Below, piece after piece: positions 31,233-45,102 of a stretch of DNA of 64,000 bases; within the stretch, counting starts at the first letter, position 1; each line of letters begins with the position of its first letter. Source of the DNA: Eledone cirrhosa (taxonomy: Eukaryota). The translations under genes and the position numbers were made by a program. A model generated the notes under the pieces. It did no database searches and was not told the origin of the DNA. It saw only the letters and a list, made by a program, of their open reading frames with translations. The DNA is taken from assembly GCA_964016885.1 (NCBI GenBank), contig OZ024743.1, positions 221,712,001 to 221,776,000 of the forward strand, read 5' to 3'.

Positions 31233-34200
31233 CTACAGAACAATGTAGAGAGAAGGCCCATTTACACGGGCCATTCTCGCTTCTTTCACCCACCTTTCAT
31301 AAAACTGTCTGGGACCAAGCACTTCTCTCTCCACCCTGATTCTTCTTCCGAAGTGGTATCGGAAGAAGTAAACCAGGTGATGGCCGGAGAGAAAGTCGCC
31401 CGACCTCAGACCTTTCAGGCGCGTCCACCACACAACCTCTTTCATCATGGCTATTACGCACAGAAAGACCGCCTCTGCTTCATTTCTGAAGGGAGGAGGC
31501 GGCTTGATGTTCACCACAGACTCGGCGGTTAATCGAATCGGCGCCACACGCGACAGCAGTCGTTCAACGTAGCCCCACAGATCGGCAACGCCCGGGCAGT
31601 GTACCAGTGCATGCGCAACGGTTTCCTCGTCGCGCACGCATCTGGGACAGATCTTTTTCGCGGGATCCCTGCCCGGGCGCCCGTGTCTGTAGAGCTTTTC
31701 TCGAACGGGCAGAGCCCCCCGGTAACACTGCCAGGCTAGGGACCTCTGGAAGTTGTCCATGGGTCCCGGGCCGAAAGTTCTACCGAACAGGCTGGCCAGT
31801 TCGTCCTCCTCCATGCCTAGCGACTCTCCAAGGGTGTCGTCGCCCCTGCTAGCCACCAACCCTCTATAGAATGTCGAGGTGGATTCTCCACTGACAGTCG
31901 GGTCCGCTTGCCAGATAGCCGTGAGCGCCTGGGCACACTCAGTGTGCCAGTTGCCCAGTTTTCTCGGTCTTTGCTTCACCCAGGATTGCAGTTCGGTGAG
32001 CGAGACGAGCTGTGGGAAGGCTCTCCTCACAAACGGGGCCCACACCGGCTGACCGTTGAGGAATACCTGTAGATGCCGTAGCCTCAATGCGTGCCTACGC
32101 ATCAACAGCCACGGCATACCCAGCCCTCCTTTCGAAGGGTGCTGGCAGCAGATGGATCTCCTCACCATGGGAGGCCGCTTCTTCCAGAGGAACTGGAAGA
32201 GCATGCGTTCCATGATGGTGAGCTTTTCCTTGGGGCAAGGCACGACGGTCAGGCGGTAGTAGATGACGGACGCTATGTAAGCGTTCGTCACCTCCGCCCG
32301 ACCTTTCAGTGATAGTTTGCACTTGGCCCACTTCTGGGTCAGCGCAAACACCCTGCTCGTCACCTCGCCCCAATTCTTCTCCACCTGGAGGTCCGGTCCG
32401 AACCAGACCCCGAGCAGCTTCACCGGGCCCTCCGTCCACCGCCCGACGACACCGTCTAACGGCATCGGTTTGCCCCTCCACGTTCCGAGTTGCAAACCGA
32501 CTGACTTGTCCTGGTTCAGCTTAGCCCCCGTCAGCCTTTCGTATTCCTCCAGTAGGGTGGCGATCGCCCCGATTTCCGAGGCGTCCGCCACCATTACTGT
32601 TACGTCGTCGGCATAGGCCGAGACCGCTTTGTGCAATCCCGGTTCCAGGGGTATGCCCCGCAGCAACTCCAACTTCCGCAGCAGTGGCTCGAGAGTCAAT
32701 ACGTACAGAAGGGAGGAGAGGGGGCACCCCTGTCTGATGGATCGGGTGATTTGAAACGGCTCCGAGAGGTAGCCGTTTACTTTAATCCTAGAGTAGATGT
32801 TGCCACTGTGCATGGCAGAAATCCAGCCCCTGAAAACGGGTCCGAAGCCCGCCGCCGCTAGCACCGCATCCAGGTAACCATGGTCGACCCTATCGAACGC
32901 CTTAGATTGATCCAAGTTGATCAGGGCCCCACCAAAGCCGGGTTCGTAGCCAACCCTCTCTATGATGTATCGCATGAGGTGGAGGTTGTCGTGAATGGAC
33001 CTGGACGGGATAGCGCATGTCTGCGCGTCTCCCACCAAACCACCCACCACAAGCGCCAACCTCTTCGCCAACACCTTGGCCAAAATCTGTAACTCTGCAT
33101 TCAGCAGAGTTATGGGCCTAAAGTTACTTAAGTCGTCCCCCTTGCTCTCGTCCTTCCTCACTAGCGTGACCACGCCCTTGGTCACAGAACAGGGAATTCT
33201 CCCGTTCTGTTGCCAGTTGCAATAGACAGCCTCGAGGAGTTCGGAGAACAAGACCGGCATAGCTAAATAAAGTTCGTATGGTAGACCATCGAGACCCGGG
33301 GATTTGCGTCTGCTGCATTGGCTGAGCGCTTCCCCGATTTCAGTGGCTGTGATTGGCCCTTCGCAGCACTCCGCTTCGCCGCTCGAAAGACGCGGTAGAC
33401 CGTCGAGGTATGGACCGAAGTCCACATCCCCGTCCGGCCCCCCGCCACCTCCGAACAGTCGAGCAAAGTGCCTTTGAAAGGTCTCGCACATTCGCTCAGG
33501 TTCAAGGATCACCCGTCCATCCTGGTCTCGCAAAGACCGAATGGTGGATTTAATCCCACTCTTGGCTTCTGTCACGCGGGCCCAGCTAACAGCTTTGGTC
33601 CCCTCGTTTCCTAAAGCACGTATTTTACTTCGGACAACGCAGCCTTCGTGCTTCGCGTCAAAGAACTGGCTCAATGCCGTTCTCGTCGCTAACACTCTGG
33701 CTACGTCTCCGCTCCTAATCGCCTCTTCTAGTTTATCTGTTAACTCCCTTTCCCTCCTATTTCTATTCGCCGCTAGTTCCTTACTGTAACCTATCGAACT
33801 TACTCTAATCTCTCTCTTTAGAGATATCCACCACCTACTGTTGACGATCGCTCCCGTCAACCGCATCTTAACTAAGCTACTAATCCGGTTTCTGTAATCT
33901 TTCTTTGTCGGTAAGGACAAGTTCATCTTCCAGTAACCGGGACCCTGTCTATGCGTTCTATCAAGGTTGACCACGCAGGTCACTAATTTGTGATCTGAAT
34001 AGCCAACCATGATCAGTTCTGGACAACTAAATACGTCCCTATCCTTACTCCTAACCAAAAACCTATCTAGGTACGATCTAGATTGTCCACTGCGGTTTGC
34101 CCAGGTCCAGGTTGGCGCAGTTGGACAATCTAGTCGAAATCTATCGACCAGGTCGAATCGATCGAGTAACCCCTTGAGGCTGCTACACCCCCCTCTATCG

Positions 34201-34665
34201 GGACATGCCCCTGCATAGTCCCAACGCGCATCTAGGATTCCATTCCAGTCCCCCACTAAAAGCAGGGAACGCGACGTTCCTAGAAAAGTCTCCAGACGTT
34301 GGAAGAAGTCGGCTCTCTCCGCCCCGAAGGGAGCATAAAGACCGACCAGTCTGAAAGCCCCGCCTTCACCACCTCCGACGTCCAGCACCAGTACTCGACC
34401 CCCCGGGTCCGAGTGAACAATCTGTACGTCGAGAGTCAGACGTTTATCCAGCAGTACGGCAACTCCCCCCCCCCCCGCCTCCGGGTTGACAGAGAGATGC
34501 GTGCATCTCAAAGTCATCGAAGGCGGGCGCCAGCTGTCTCACGCTGCTGATCCGACTCTCGCAAACAACCATCACATCTATACTTTGTGACCTGAGGTCA
34601 CTTAGAAGCTTTGCTTGCTTCCAAGCTGAGCTCAGGCCACGCGCGTTCAAACAGCCAACTCTCAA
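31233..34665 (-). CDS. Tx1-like ORF2: APE endonuclease + reverse transcriptase + C-terminal CCHC; one frameshift in the G-run near 34470
   Basis: CLNARGL, GDWN, SYLDRF, SDHK (APE); SPGLDGL, FRPITLLN, DQSKAFDRV, QGCPLS, YADD (RT); CPRC..ETVAHALVHC. Confidence 0.95.
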
Positions 34666-34670
34666 TTGAT

Positions 34671-35051
34671 CTATTTTGGTGTTGAAAGTGAAGAAAGAAA
34701 AGCACTTACCTCTCCGGGTTGCGTAATTTCCATGGCATCAGGTGTGTTGGGTGGAGGGATGTTTTGTGGTGGTGTGGGGGTACACGTGTGTGGTGGGGTT
34801 GGGGTATTTGGAGTTGTGTCAGGGAGAGGGGCGGTTATGGGGAAATCTTTCAAGAGGACGCGATTCAACGGTTTTAAACAGGGGGGGCTCACGTCCCGTC
34901 TAAATTGTTCTTTTAAGGAACGATAAAGGTCCAGAGGGACCTTTATCATTTTTAAATGGGTGAAGTTCTCTGTTGAGATAAAGTTTGGCCCTTCGGTCTG
35001 CACCATAGGGTTATTGTTTATTAATTTAACCAGTTTTTTGTTTTCTTTATC
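34671..35051 (-). CDS. Tx1 ORF1 C-terminal part
   Basis: Open frame ending 5 nt before ORF2; Pro/Thr-rich end; joins in frame to the 38781 side if the insert is removed. Confidence 0.6.
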   Translation of the reverse strand, partial: DKENKKLVKLINNNPMVQTEGPNFISTENFTHLKMIKVPLDLYRSLKEQFRRDVSPPCLKPLNRVLLKDFPITAPLPDTTPNTPTPPHTCTPTPPQNIPPPNTPDAMEITQPGEVSAFLSSLSTPK

Positions 35052-35589
35052 TGTTAGAACACGAAAAGTGTGAAACACAGAATGTTCACTTTTCGTGTTC
35101 TAACATATATGCCTAGCTTCTTTAAAAATTTTTCGGGGATAGCCGTGGTGGTGATCGTATGTCATTGGCTAATTTTCAACCAATCAGAGTACCTCTCTCT
35201 ATATCTCTTCCACTGTTACTTACGCCTGTTTCTCTCTATCTGTTCCGTCTCTATTTATATCTCTTACTCTTTCGCTTTGCACTCCTCCCCTTCAATACCA
35301 TCTCTCCCCCTCTCTATATATTTGTTACTCTATCGCTGCACGCTCCTCTCCTTCAATATATCAATTACACACGCTTTACACTCCTTTATCCCCAGCGCCC
35401 CTATATATACACCCCCTCTCCCGCATCTATATTTTAATGTACCGTTGCACCGTGAATACATGTGTCTATATATATATATACATATATATTGTATATACAC
35501 ATTCATGTATGTGTATACACACTCATGTATGTATATACACTGGTTTTATGTGTGTATTGTAAATTTGTACTGTTAAAACACGAAACTAA

Positions 35590-35679
35590 CATTCGATTGA
35601 CACTTTGATTACCTGTACAGGCAATAGTTATTAGAATGCTGTTGAAGTGTGTATATATTTTTGGGGGACATCCTGTATA
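35590..35679. mobile_element. Tc1/mariner-type MITE (partial)
   Basis: Reverse complement of 60841-60930 and 56126-56222 family; end gggacatcctgTA. Confidence 0.65.
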
Positions 35680-36237
35680 TACACACATTATATATAATAC
35701 AATAAACAGATAAATACACACATATATATATGAGCTTATTTAATTATAAATATTGTGAATTTTTAACTCAGTTCAATTATATATATAAATGGCTTCTACA
35801 GGACTAGAACTGTTTCATTCGAAAGAAATCATCATAATATTGAGAGGGGGGACTAGATAAAATATTTCAAATCAAATGTGTATAAGTTATAAGTTAAAAT
35901 GTATAAATAGAGACGATAGTGGAGGTATATCTGTTTAGTGGAACAGTAGACGATAGAATTAAATACAGACGATAATCTCCCTTTAATGAAACAGCAGACG
36001 ATAGAATTAAGGCAATTTAAATTTTAAGCATTTGCATTTTTGCCTTTCATCGTTACGGGGTCGATAAAATAAAGTACCAGTAATACACTGTCACTAGACG
36101 ACTTTCAAATTGAATTGTTGGTTCCATTTCTTTAGTATTTTCAATTGTAGTTATCTACTTAAAAAGCGTTACACGGTTAGAGACATAATTCGTAAGTTAT
36201 ATCTTCCCTATTAAACCATTGCATTATTTCGCCTACA

Positions 36238-36428
36238 GGGCGGTGAATTGGCAGTATCGGTAGAGGGTTGGACGCCATGCTTTCTAGCATAGTTACGTCC
36301 CTTTACAGTCTGAGTTCAAATCCCGCCGAGGTTAACTTTGCCTTTCATCCTTACGGGGTCGATAAAATAAAGTACCAGTAATGTACTGGGTAATTTGCTG
36401 GCCTTGTGCCTAAAGTAGAAACAATTAT
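36238..36428 (+). mobile_element. OK-like tRNA SINE, full length
   Basis: gggcggtgaattggcagtatcggtagag A-box, gagttcaaatccc B-box, Meta-like core, AT tail; possible TSD attatttcgcctaca on both sides. Confidence 0.9.
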
Positions 36429-36651
36429 TTCGCCTACAATAGAACAAAAATGAAATGTTCTTTAAAGAAACAGGAATATAACTTTATAAAAAAAAAAGTT
36501 GCATCCGCTTCTTTTATCATTGATAATTTTTTCGTTTTAATATTAATTGTTTTTTGCAATTGTTTATATTAAAAATCTTACTGTAATATTTACTTAAACG
36601 AAGGCAAACATCTAAACTTATAGATTAATCTTGAGCGAAGGACTAGATAAA

Positions 36652-36708
<57 letters not shown>

Positions 36709-37099
36709 GAAGAATGATAAAATTTCAAGCAAAGAGTTTAATTAGGTATATTTTGTAATATTATTAACTAATTATTATAATTAACGCGCATATTTTGCTA
36801 TCCTCAAACACGTTTACACATGGCATGAAATATAACTAATCCGAGATGGCTAGGTTTCATCTTCTAACTGGATAAACGAAATCCATTATGTCTTGACAAC
36901 AACATGAGGTAACATTATGTTATTCACAGACACACTTTGTACACTGTTCCATATCAGAATGTATTTCCTTCGTCACATTCACAAACAGTATTGAAAATAT
37001 GTTCTTCGGCAAATAAAAATGTTTTGTTCATAATATTTCAACTAGCGATTGCTCTACTTCACGCACGACCACCATAAATTAATGACCAGCTCAACACAA

Positions 37100-37272
37100 G
37101 TATTGGTAGAGCGTCAGACACCATGCTTTGCAGTATTGTTATGGTCCTTTGCATTCTAAGTTCAAATCCTGCCGAGGTTAACTTCGACTTTCATACTTAC
37201 TAATTCGATAAAATAAAGTACCAGTAATGGACTGCCGTAATGGATTTGTGCCGAAAAATAGAAACACTATTA
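37100..37272 (+). mobile_element. OK-like tRNA SINE, diverged
   Basis: gttcaaatcctgccgaggttaactt..gataaaataaagtaccagtaat. Confidence 0.75.
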
Positions 37273-37820
37273 ATGTGCAATAAGAGCAAAATATAACGAC
37301 ATTGCTCAATTATTTTATCTAATGTTGTAATAACACAAGGAAATGTTGTTTGTGTATTTTTTTTTATATTTGCTCATAGGCTTTTACAATTTCGCTCAGC
37401 CAACAACTATTAAAAAGTGAGTTGCTTAAGATAACAATTTAATCACAAATTGTTGCTATCTTTTAATACACTCCAACAAGTCATCAAATTATGTACAATA
37501 AAAACAAATCTTATTAATTTGCTCAGGGAATATAAAGAAAATGTATATACACTGATAATTGCAAATGTATGTAAATATTTTGTTTTTGTATTGTATATTT
37601 TATGTTTTCTATTATGTATAATATATTGATTTAATATTGATTGTTTTTTGTAGTTGTTTATATTAAAAGTCTGAAAATATTTTTATACATCTTACACTAA
37701 TATTTATAAGATAATTTATAATAACAATTACATAATCTAATTACATTACAACGATAATTTATTATTAATATATATCCTGTTTAACTAGAGTTATTACAAG
37801 CGTTGCCTTAAAAAAATATT

Positions 37821-38781
37821 AAACTAGACATGAAAAATGCGCAAGCTCAAAAGTGCCACAGAATGTTATAATAAACCTTCAAAAGTGTGGGACTAGAGTT
37901 GTTGCTAAAAAATATTGTAATCATTATATATCGTACATTCTGTGGCATCCTTTATAAAAATAGCTTAAACCAACGAAGCCTTTATTTTTACGCTATTTCA
38001 CTTAGTTAATTCTTAGAGTGTAACATATAAAAATAAATACATCTATGTTTAATGTAATAACAGCTATAAATAATTACGTAATATTATTATCATATACTCA
38101 TAGTAACAAAATAATTGTGTTGAAACTTAATATGATGCTTATATGAACGATCAAATCTATAATGATAATTTCTTAAATATACTAATAGTAAAATAATTTA
38201 GTTATCTATTGTTACATTTTCATAGAACTATAATATTAACAATCGTATTGCATTATCAAATTTTTATCACTACAAACTTTCATATTGGAATTACCTTAAG
38301 CCACTTATTATTACTTCGCTTTCGTACTTTTACAGCTGTAGATATTGCGCTGTATCTTATATCTAATATCAATATCTCGTGGTAATTTGCATGAAGTGTA
38401 AAATAGGTTTATTAATAACTTTAATATGAAATGTATTATACAGGGCTGCGGAGTCGGTCAAAAATTGACTGGCTCCAACTCAGGATCCGATACTCCATTA
38501 TTTCCTAAATTTCAGCTCCGCAGCTCTGTTATTATATTAATTAATTTATTTTATAGTTGTAAATCATATTTTTATATGTTACACTCTAAGAATTAACTAA
38601 GTGAAATAGCGTAAAAATAAAGGCTTCGTTGGTTTAAGCTATTTTTATAAAGGATGCCACAGAATGTACGATATATAATGATTACAATATTTTTTAGCAA
38701 CAACTCTAGTCCCACACTTTTGAAGGTTTATTATAACATTCTGTGGCACTTTTGAGCTTGCGCATTTTTCATGTCTAGTTT
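37821..38781. repeat. ~214-bp perfect inverted repeat pair (37821-38035 / 38567-38781)
   Basis: aactagacatgaaaaatgcgc... versus ...gcgcatttttcatgtctagtt. Confidence 0.92.
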
Positions 38782-40236
38782 ATATATGTGTATTGCAACG
38801 TCTTTTTTTGTGATGCTGTCAATGTTTCGGAGAGGGGAGGCGCAGATTTATTTTTGTTTGTTGAGGGTGGGGTGTTTTTTATTGGAGTTGGTGTTTGTGT
38901 GTGGGTTATTTGTGGTGTGCTGGGTGTGTGTTTTCTTTTTTTTCTTTTAACTTGTCTGAAGGCTTCTCCTCCTTCTTCTTCAGAAGTTGGGGGAAACTCT
39001 TCAGCGCTAGGTGGGAGGGACGTGTTGTGTGGTTGTTTTTTTTTTGCGGGAGGGGTAGATTTGTTACTGTTTTTTTTTATTATTTGTTTGGAATGGGTTT
39101 TGTGGTGGTGGTGGTGGTAATGTTTGTGTCGTGCTTGTGGTTGGTAATGGTGGTGGTGATGTTTGTGTTGTGGTTGGTGGTGGTGATTTTTGTGTCGTGC
39201 TTGTGTTTGGTGCTGGTGGTGGTGATGTTTGTGTTGTGTTTGTGGTTGGTGGTGTCTGTATTTTGTTTGCTGTGTGTGGTATTAGTGTATTTTTGGAGGT
39301 GGGTGGTGCTGGTGTACTGTTTGTGGTGGGTGTGGGCAATAGTCCTTTTTGGGGGATACGTTTCGGGCAGTTAGCCTTAACGTGTCCCCTTTCCATGCAT
39401 AAATAGCATGCTGGTCTTCTCCCCTCTACAATTATGTCTATTGGGGTAAGGTCATCCAGCCAGATGCGATCCGGGATTTGTGCTATTCTTTCGGGCCTCA
39501 TTTGGACTAGTATGTCGAGGCCCATTCCCAGGAACGCATCTCCAGTTGCCTTCCCCATTGACAGCATAGTGTCTTCGCCCATATCAATGAAGCCAGCAAT
39601 AGCCCACCAGAAGTCCATTGTGGGCAGCATTGTTTTTACTTTTATTCTCTGTGTTCTTCTACCCATGTAGGAGGGATAGAAGCTATATGTTGTCGACGAG
39701 AGTGGGCTTAGGGAAAGCTGAACCGCCGTTTCTTTGTCTCTTGTTAGGACCGAAATGCTGCCATAGAGTCGGTCCTTTCGTATGAAGAGAATATTCTTCA
39801 TATAGTCTTTTAGGACTAACTCTATTTCCATTTGGCTGGGCTGTGCTGGCTTTCTTGACTGGTTTAGTATAGTTCTGTATATAACTGTGTTTTCTGCTCT
39901 GGCTTTCTTGAATTCTGGGGGGGAGTTAATGGAAAACATTCCGTTCTCCCCCAAAACAATATGTTTCTTTGCTTCGGCCAGTTTTTCTCTGGCGGCAGTT
40001 AGGTCAATTGGTGTGTATGTAATGGATTGCTTTGTTTTCTGGGCGAAAGTTGCCCTGTCGTTATTTGTATTATTTTCTGTTTGTTTGTTTTCTGTTTGCT
40101 CATTTTCCTTAACATTTGTTTTTTCATTTTGTTTGTTTGTTTCAATGTCTAATTTTGTTGTAATTATTTTTTGTTCTTCAGACTTGGGGGGCGTGGCAGA
40201 GCTAATGGCAGACATGCCTGCCATCTTTTCCGCCAT
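38781..40236 (-). CDS. Tx1 ORF1 N-terminal part (gag-like, CCHC knuckle), frameshift in A-run near 39070
   Basis: CYLCMERGHVKANC zinc knuckle; continuation in shifted frame EEFPPTSEEEGGEAFRQVKRKKRK...QYTYI. Confidence 0.8.
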
Positions 40237-40461
40237 GCTGCCAAGAAAGAAATTTTTCGGCAAAAATAGATATTTATTTTACCCCCTAAAAAGGGGGTAA
40301 ATGCAAAAATGTTTCCCTAAATAACAGGGGTTAGTGTTCCAAATGTGTTGCACTAAAAAATTTATCCGGTACTTACAATAGTAAGGGTAAATCCCGATGG
40401 AATAGCGGAGCCGATGCGAAGCGTGTCTTACTCTATCAAGATAGATAGATAGATAGATAGA

Positions 40462-40650
40462 TAAGTTTCTTTTATTTGCCACTAGGGCATCAAAAGTGGG
40501 ACAAGTACAAAGGGGGGAGTTTACACAAAAAGGCGTCCTCAATAAGGAGGAGGCAATAACAAAATATAAAAATAAAATAGGATATAACAAAAAATAAAAT
40601 TTATGACAAAATCCTCAATAGAGAGGAGGCGCCTTGGGGGGTCGCACACA
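40462..40650 (-). mobile_element. Tx1 3'UTR-only truncated copy between (GATA)n tracts
   Basis: tttatttgccactagggca...gggggagtttaca matches 31008-31067. Confidence 0.75.
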
Positions 40651-40651
40651 C

Positions 40652-40700
<49 letters not shown>

Positions 40701-40934
40701 GAGAGAGGGGGATAGAGAGAGTGAGTTTGGCTGTGCAAAACTCAATGCATCATAGAGTGATGTAAACTTTATATCTGTATCTATAAAGCTATACTAGTGA
40801 TTGAAAAGCCAAGATTTTCCTGCTTAAGTGTACACTTCTAAACTGCTTTTGAAGACTTCTGATTCTCAACACCTGACCTGATACAGCTTCACGGCTATAA
40901 GAATAGTTATCTAACATAGTCCTAAGACCAGATA

Positions 40935-41090
40935 TTTTAAGGGGTTAGTCTACTAAATCGACCCAAAATACTTGATGTGTACTTTATTTCATCGACCCCG
41001 GAAGGGTGAAAGCCAGCATTGACCTCGTCAGGATTTGAACCCAGGATGTAACTGAAGCTACAAAGCCTTTTTTCCGACGCTCTAACGATT
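40935..41090 (-). mobile_element. OK-like SINE, diverged
   Basis: tactttatttcatcgaccccggaagggtgaaag..ggatttgaac. Confidence 0.7.
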
Positions 41091-41128
41091 GTGCGTATGT
41101 ATATGCACGCGCTTACACACACAAACAA

Positions 41129-41190
<62 letters not shown>

Positions 41191-41257
41191 GTATCCCAAA
41201 AGAATGTATACACACTTTGAGTACTAAACAGGCAATATATGTGTGTGTATATATATA

Positions 41258-41305
<48 letters not shown>

Positions 41306-41408
41306 AGTGTGTGTGTGTGTGTGTGCGGTGAGAAATATTCGAAATTACCTAAACATATATGCTTGGAATGTGCACATACACACACCTACATACACATACA
41401 CACACACA

Positions 41409-41447
<39 letters not shown>

Positions 41448-41790
41448 ACACATACACGCCCGTTAAAGACACTGCGACAAATATATGAATACCGAAACAC
41501 ATCAATCTCAGAACACCAGACTATAGGTAAACACATGGAAACGTATATAAACACACTCATACATGCATCTATATGCCAACGATCCACCAGCCCCATCCTG
41601 ACATCACCAACTACCACCACCACCACCACCACCACCACCCACATCAATACACCACCATCCACATCAACCCACCATCTATCACCCACCTCACCCTGCCAAA
41701 ATAGCGCAGTATTTCAAGGTGAATGACAAATATAAAAGAGACCTGCTTTCAGCCGACGATATCTCACGTTCACAAAAGTCACTGACATCG

Positions 41791-42152
<362 letters not shown>

Positions 42153-42559
42153 GACAGACAGGTAGGTAGGCTGATAGGTAAGCCTGCCTTCTCCGCAATC
42201 GCATGAAGATATAATACAATTTACTACTACTACCATCATTGCTATGACGACTACTACCACCACTACCATCACCAATACCACCACAACCATAACCATCACT
42301 AGCATCCTACCACCACCACCAACACTACAAGCAACTACCATTCTTCCACCACTACCAACGCTACAGCTACCACTACTACTACCACTACAACCACCACCAC
42401 AACCACTACGACCACGACCACCACCATCATCATCATTACAACATTCACCACGAATATTACCATCCGACCACCACCAGCACCATCACCACCGCTAATACTA
42501 CTATCGTACCACCACCACCACCACCAACACTACAAAAAACTACTTTTCTACCACTACTA

Positions 42560-44560
42560 CCACCACCACTACCACTACTACCACCACCACTACTACTCTC
42601 TTACCTCCACTACCATCAACCACCACCATCACCGCCACTACCACCATCATCACCACTAATACTACCACCCCACTACCACTGCCACTACCACCACCATCAC
42701 CACTAATACTACCACCCCACTACCACTGCCACTACCACCATCATCACCACTAATACTACCACCCCACTACCACTGCCACTATCACCATCATCACCGCTAA
42801 TACTACCACCACCATCACCGCTAATACTACCACCATCATCACCACTAATACTACCACCCCACTACCACTGCCACTATCACCATCATTATCACTAATACTA
42901 CCACCACCATCACCACTAATACTACCACCCCACTACCACTGCCACTATCACCATCATTATCACTAATACTACCACCACCATCACCACTAATACTACCACC
43001 CCACTACCACTGCCACTATCACCATCATTATCACTAATACTACCACCACCATCACCACTAATACTACCACCCCACTACCACTGCCACTATCACCATCATT
43101 ATCACTAATACTACCACCACCATCACCACTAATACTACCACCCCACTACCACTGCCACTATCACCATCATTATCACTAATACTACCACCACCATCACCAC
43201 TAATACTACCACCCCACTACCACTGCCACTATCACCATCATTATCACTAATACTACCACCACCATCACCACTAATACTACCACCCCACTACCACTGCCAC
43301 TATCACCATCATTATCACTAATACTACCACCACCATCACCACTAATACTACCACCCCACTACCACTGCCACTATCACCATCATTATCACTAATACTACCA
43401 CCACCATCACCACTAATACTACCACCCCACTACCACTGCCACTATCACCATCATTATCACTAATACTACCACCACCATCACCACTAATACTACCACCCCA
43501 CTACCACCGCCACTATCACCATCATTATCACTAATACTACCACCCTACCATCACCACTAATACTACCACCACCATCACCGCCACTATCACCACCATCACC
43601 ATTAATACTACCACCACCATCACCGCCACTATCACCACCATCACCATTAATACTACCACCACCATCACCGCCACTATCACCACCATCACCGCTAATACTA
43701 CCACCACCATCACCGCTAATACTACCACCATCACCGCTAATACTACCACCACCATCACCGCTAATACCACCACCATCATCACCACTAATACTACCACCAC
43801 CATCACCGCCACTATCACCATCATTATCACTAATACTACCACCACCATCACCGCTAATACTACCACCATCACCGCTAATACTACCACCATCATCACCACT
43901 AATGCTACCACCATCATCACCACTAATACTACCACCACCATCACCGCCACTATCACCATCATCACCACTAATACTACCACCACCATCACCGCCACTATCA
44001 CCACCATCACCGCTAATACTACCACCACCATCACCGCTAATACCACCACCATCATCACCACTAATACTACCACCACCATCACCGCCACTATCACCACCAT
44101 CACCATTAATACTACCACCACCATCACCGCCACTATCACCACCATCACCGCTAATACTACCACCACCATCACCACTAATACTACCACCACCATCACCGCC
44201 ACTATCACCACCATCACCGCTAATACTACCACCACCATCACCACTAATACTACCACCACCATCACCGCCACTATCACCACCATCACCGCTAATACTACCA
44301 CCACCATCACCACTAATACTACCACCACTACCACTGCCACTATCACCATCATCACCGCTAATACTACCACCACCATCACCGCTAATACCACCACCATCAT
44401 CACCACTAATACTACCACCAAGATCACCATTAATACTACCATCACCACCACCACCATCACCACTAATACTACCACTACCACCACCACCACTACCACCACC
44501 ACCACTACCACCACCATCACCACTAATACTACCGCCTTACCACCACCGCCACTACTACAA
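42560..44560. repeat. CAC/TAC-derived minisatellite with 60-bp higher-order unit
   Basis: Repeated cactaatactaccaccccactaccactgccactatcaccatcattat units. Confidence 0.93.
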
Positions 44561-44798
44561 CTAATAAAATGTGGAATTTACAGAGACTTTTGTTAGTTCA
44601 TTTCGTTGCTTTTACAAATCTATCATCGAAAGAAAGAAGTTGTCAGTCAGAGTAAAAGAGTGTCATTGTTGTAACCAGGTTAATGTTGCAGTGGTGTTCT
44701 TAGTTACTCAGTTTAATGGAATGATAGCATTGACGGATTTGAAGAATTGCGGTGAATTGTGTGTCTATATGTGTGTGAGTGTCAGCCGTCAAATACAT

Positions 44799-44835
<37 letters not shown>

Positions 44836-44837
<2 letters not shown>

Positions 44838-45027
44838 AACGAGTAGGACCCGACGGCTGAGCTCAAGCCGTTTCGACGGCTAATTCGGGACTGTCCCAAA
44901 TTAGCCGTCGAAACGGCTTGAGCTCAGCCGTCGGGGTCCTACTCGTTCCTATTACCCACTCTACTACCCTAAGTATTGAGTACTTTGGTGCGTTATGGTC
45001 CACCTGGTTCCTTACCACATTTCCTTC

Positions 45028-45030
<3 letters not shown>
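44836..45030 (+). mobile_element. Fold-back mini-element family A (best preserved)
   Basis: Palindrome 44834-44952; GAAAC-ggc-ttgagctca-gcc-GTC hammerhead 3' half; tail; (TA)n on both sides. Confidence 0.8.

Positions 45031-45097
<67 letters not shown>

Positions 45098-45102
<5 letters not shown>

Larger units (their letters stand above)
35052..38780. mobile_element. Non-autonomous Helentron/Helitron2-like composite insert
   Basis: 19-bp terminal hairpin 35052-35105 whose loop motif cacagaatgtt recurs inverted near the other end (aacattctgtg ~38735); CTAG terminus; AT-rich non-coding body with nested SINEs and a MITE. Confidence 0.5.
31001..40440 (-). mobile_element. Full-length Tx1/L1-clade non-LTR retrotransposon, interrupted by 35052-38780 insert
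   Basis: 5'UTR, ORF1, ORF2 and 3'UTR with AATAAA are collinear on the minus strand; (GATA)n abuts both ends. Confidence 0.8.

Noticed and set aside
31136-34550. Plus-strand ORFs overlapping Tx1 ORF2
   Set aside because: Antisense shadows of a GC-rich coding sequence
34671-34709. Minus-strand GTAAGT...polypyrimidine...TAG mini-intron at the ORF1/ORF2 junction
   Set aside because: Only 39 nt, and splicing would not fuse ORF1 to the ORF2 frame (gives ATC AAT TGA)
36238-36330. tRNA genes
   Set aside because: A/B boxes belong to SINE heads; no complete cloverleaf
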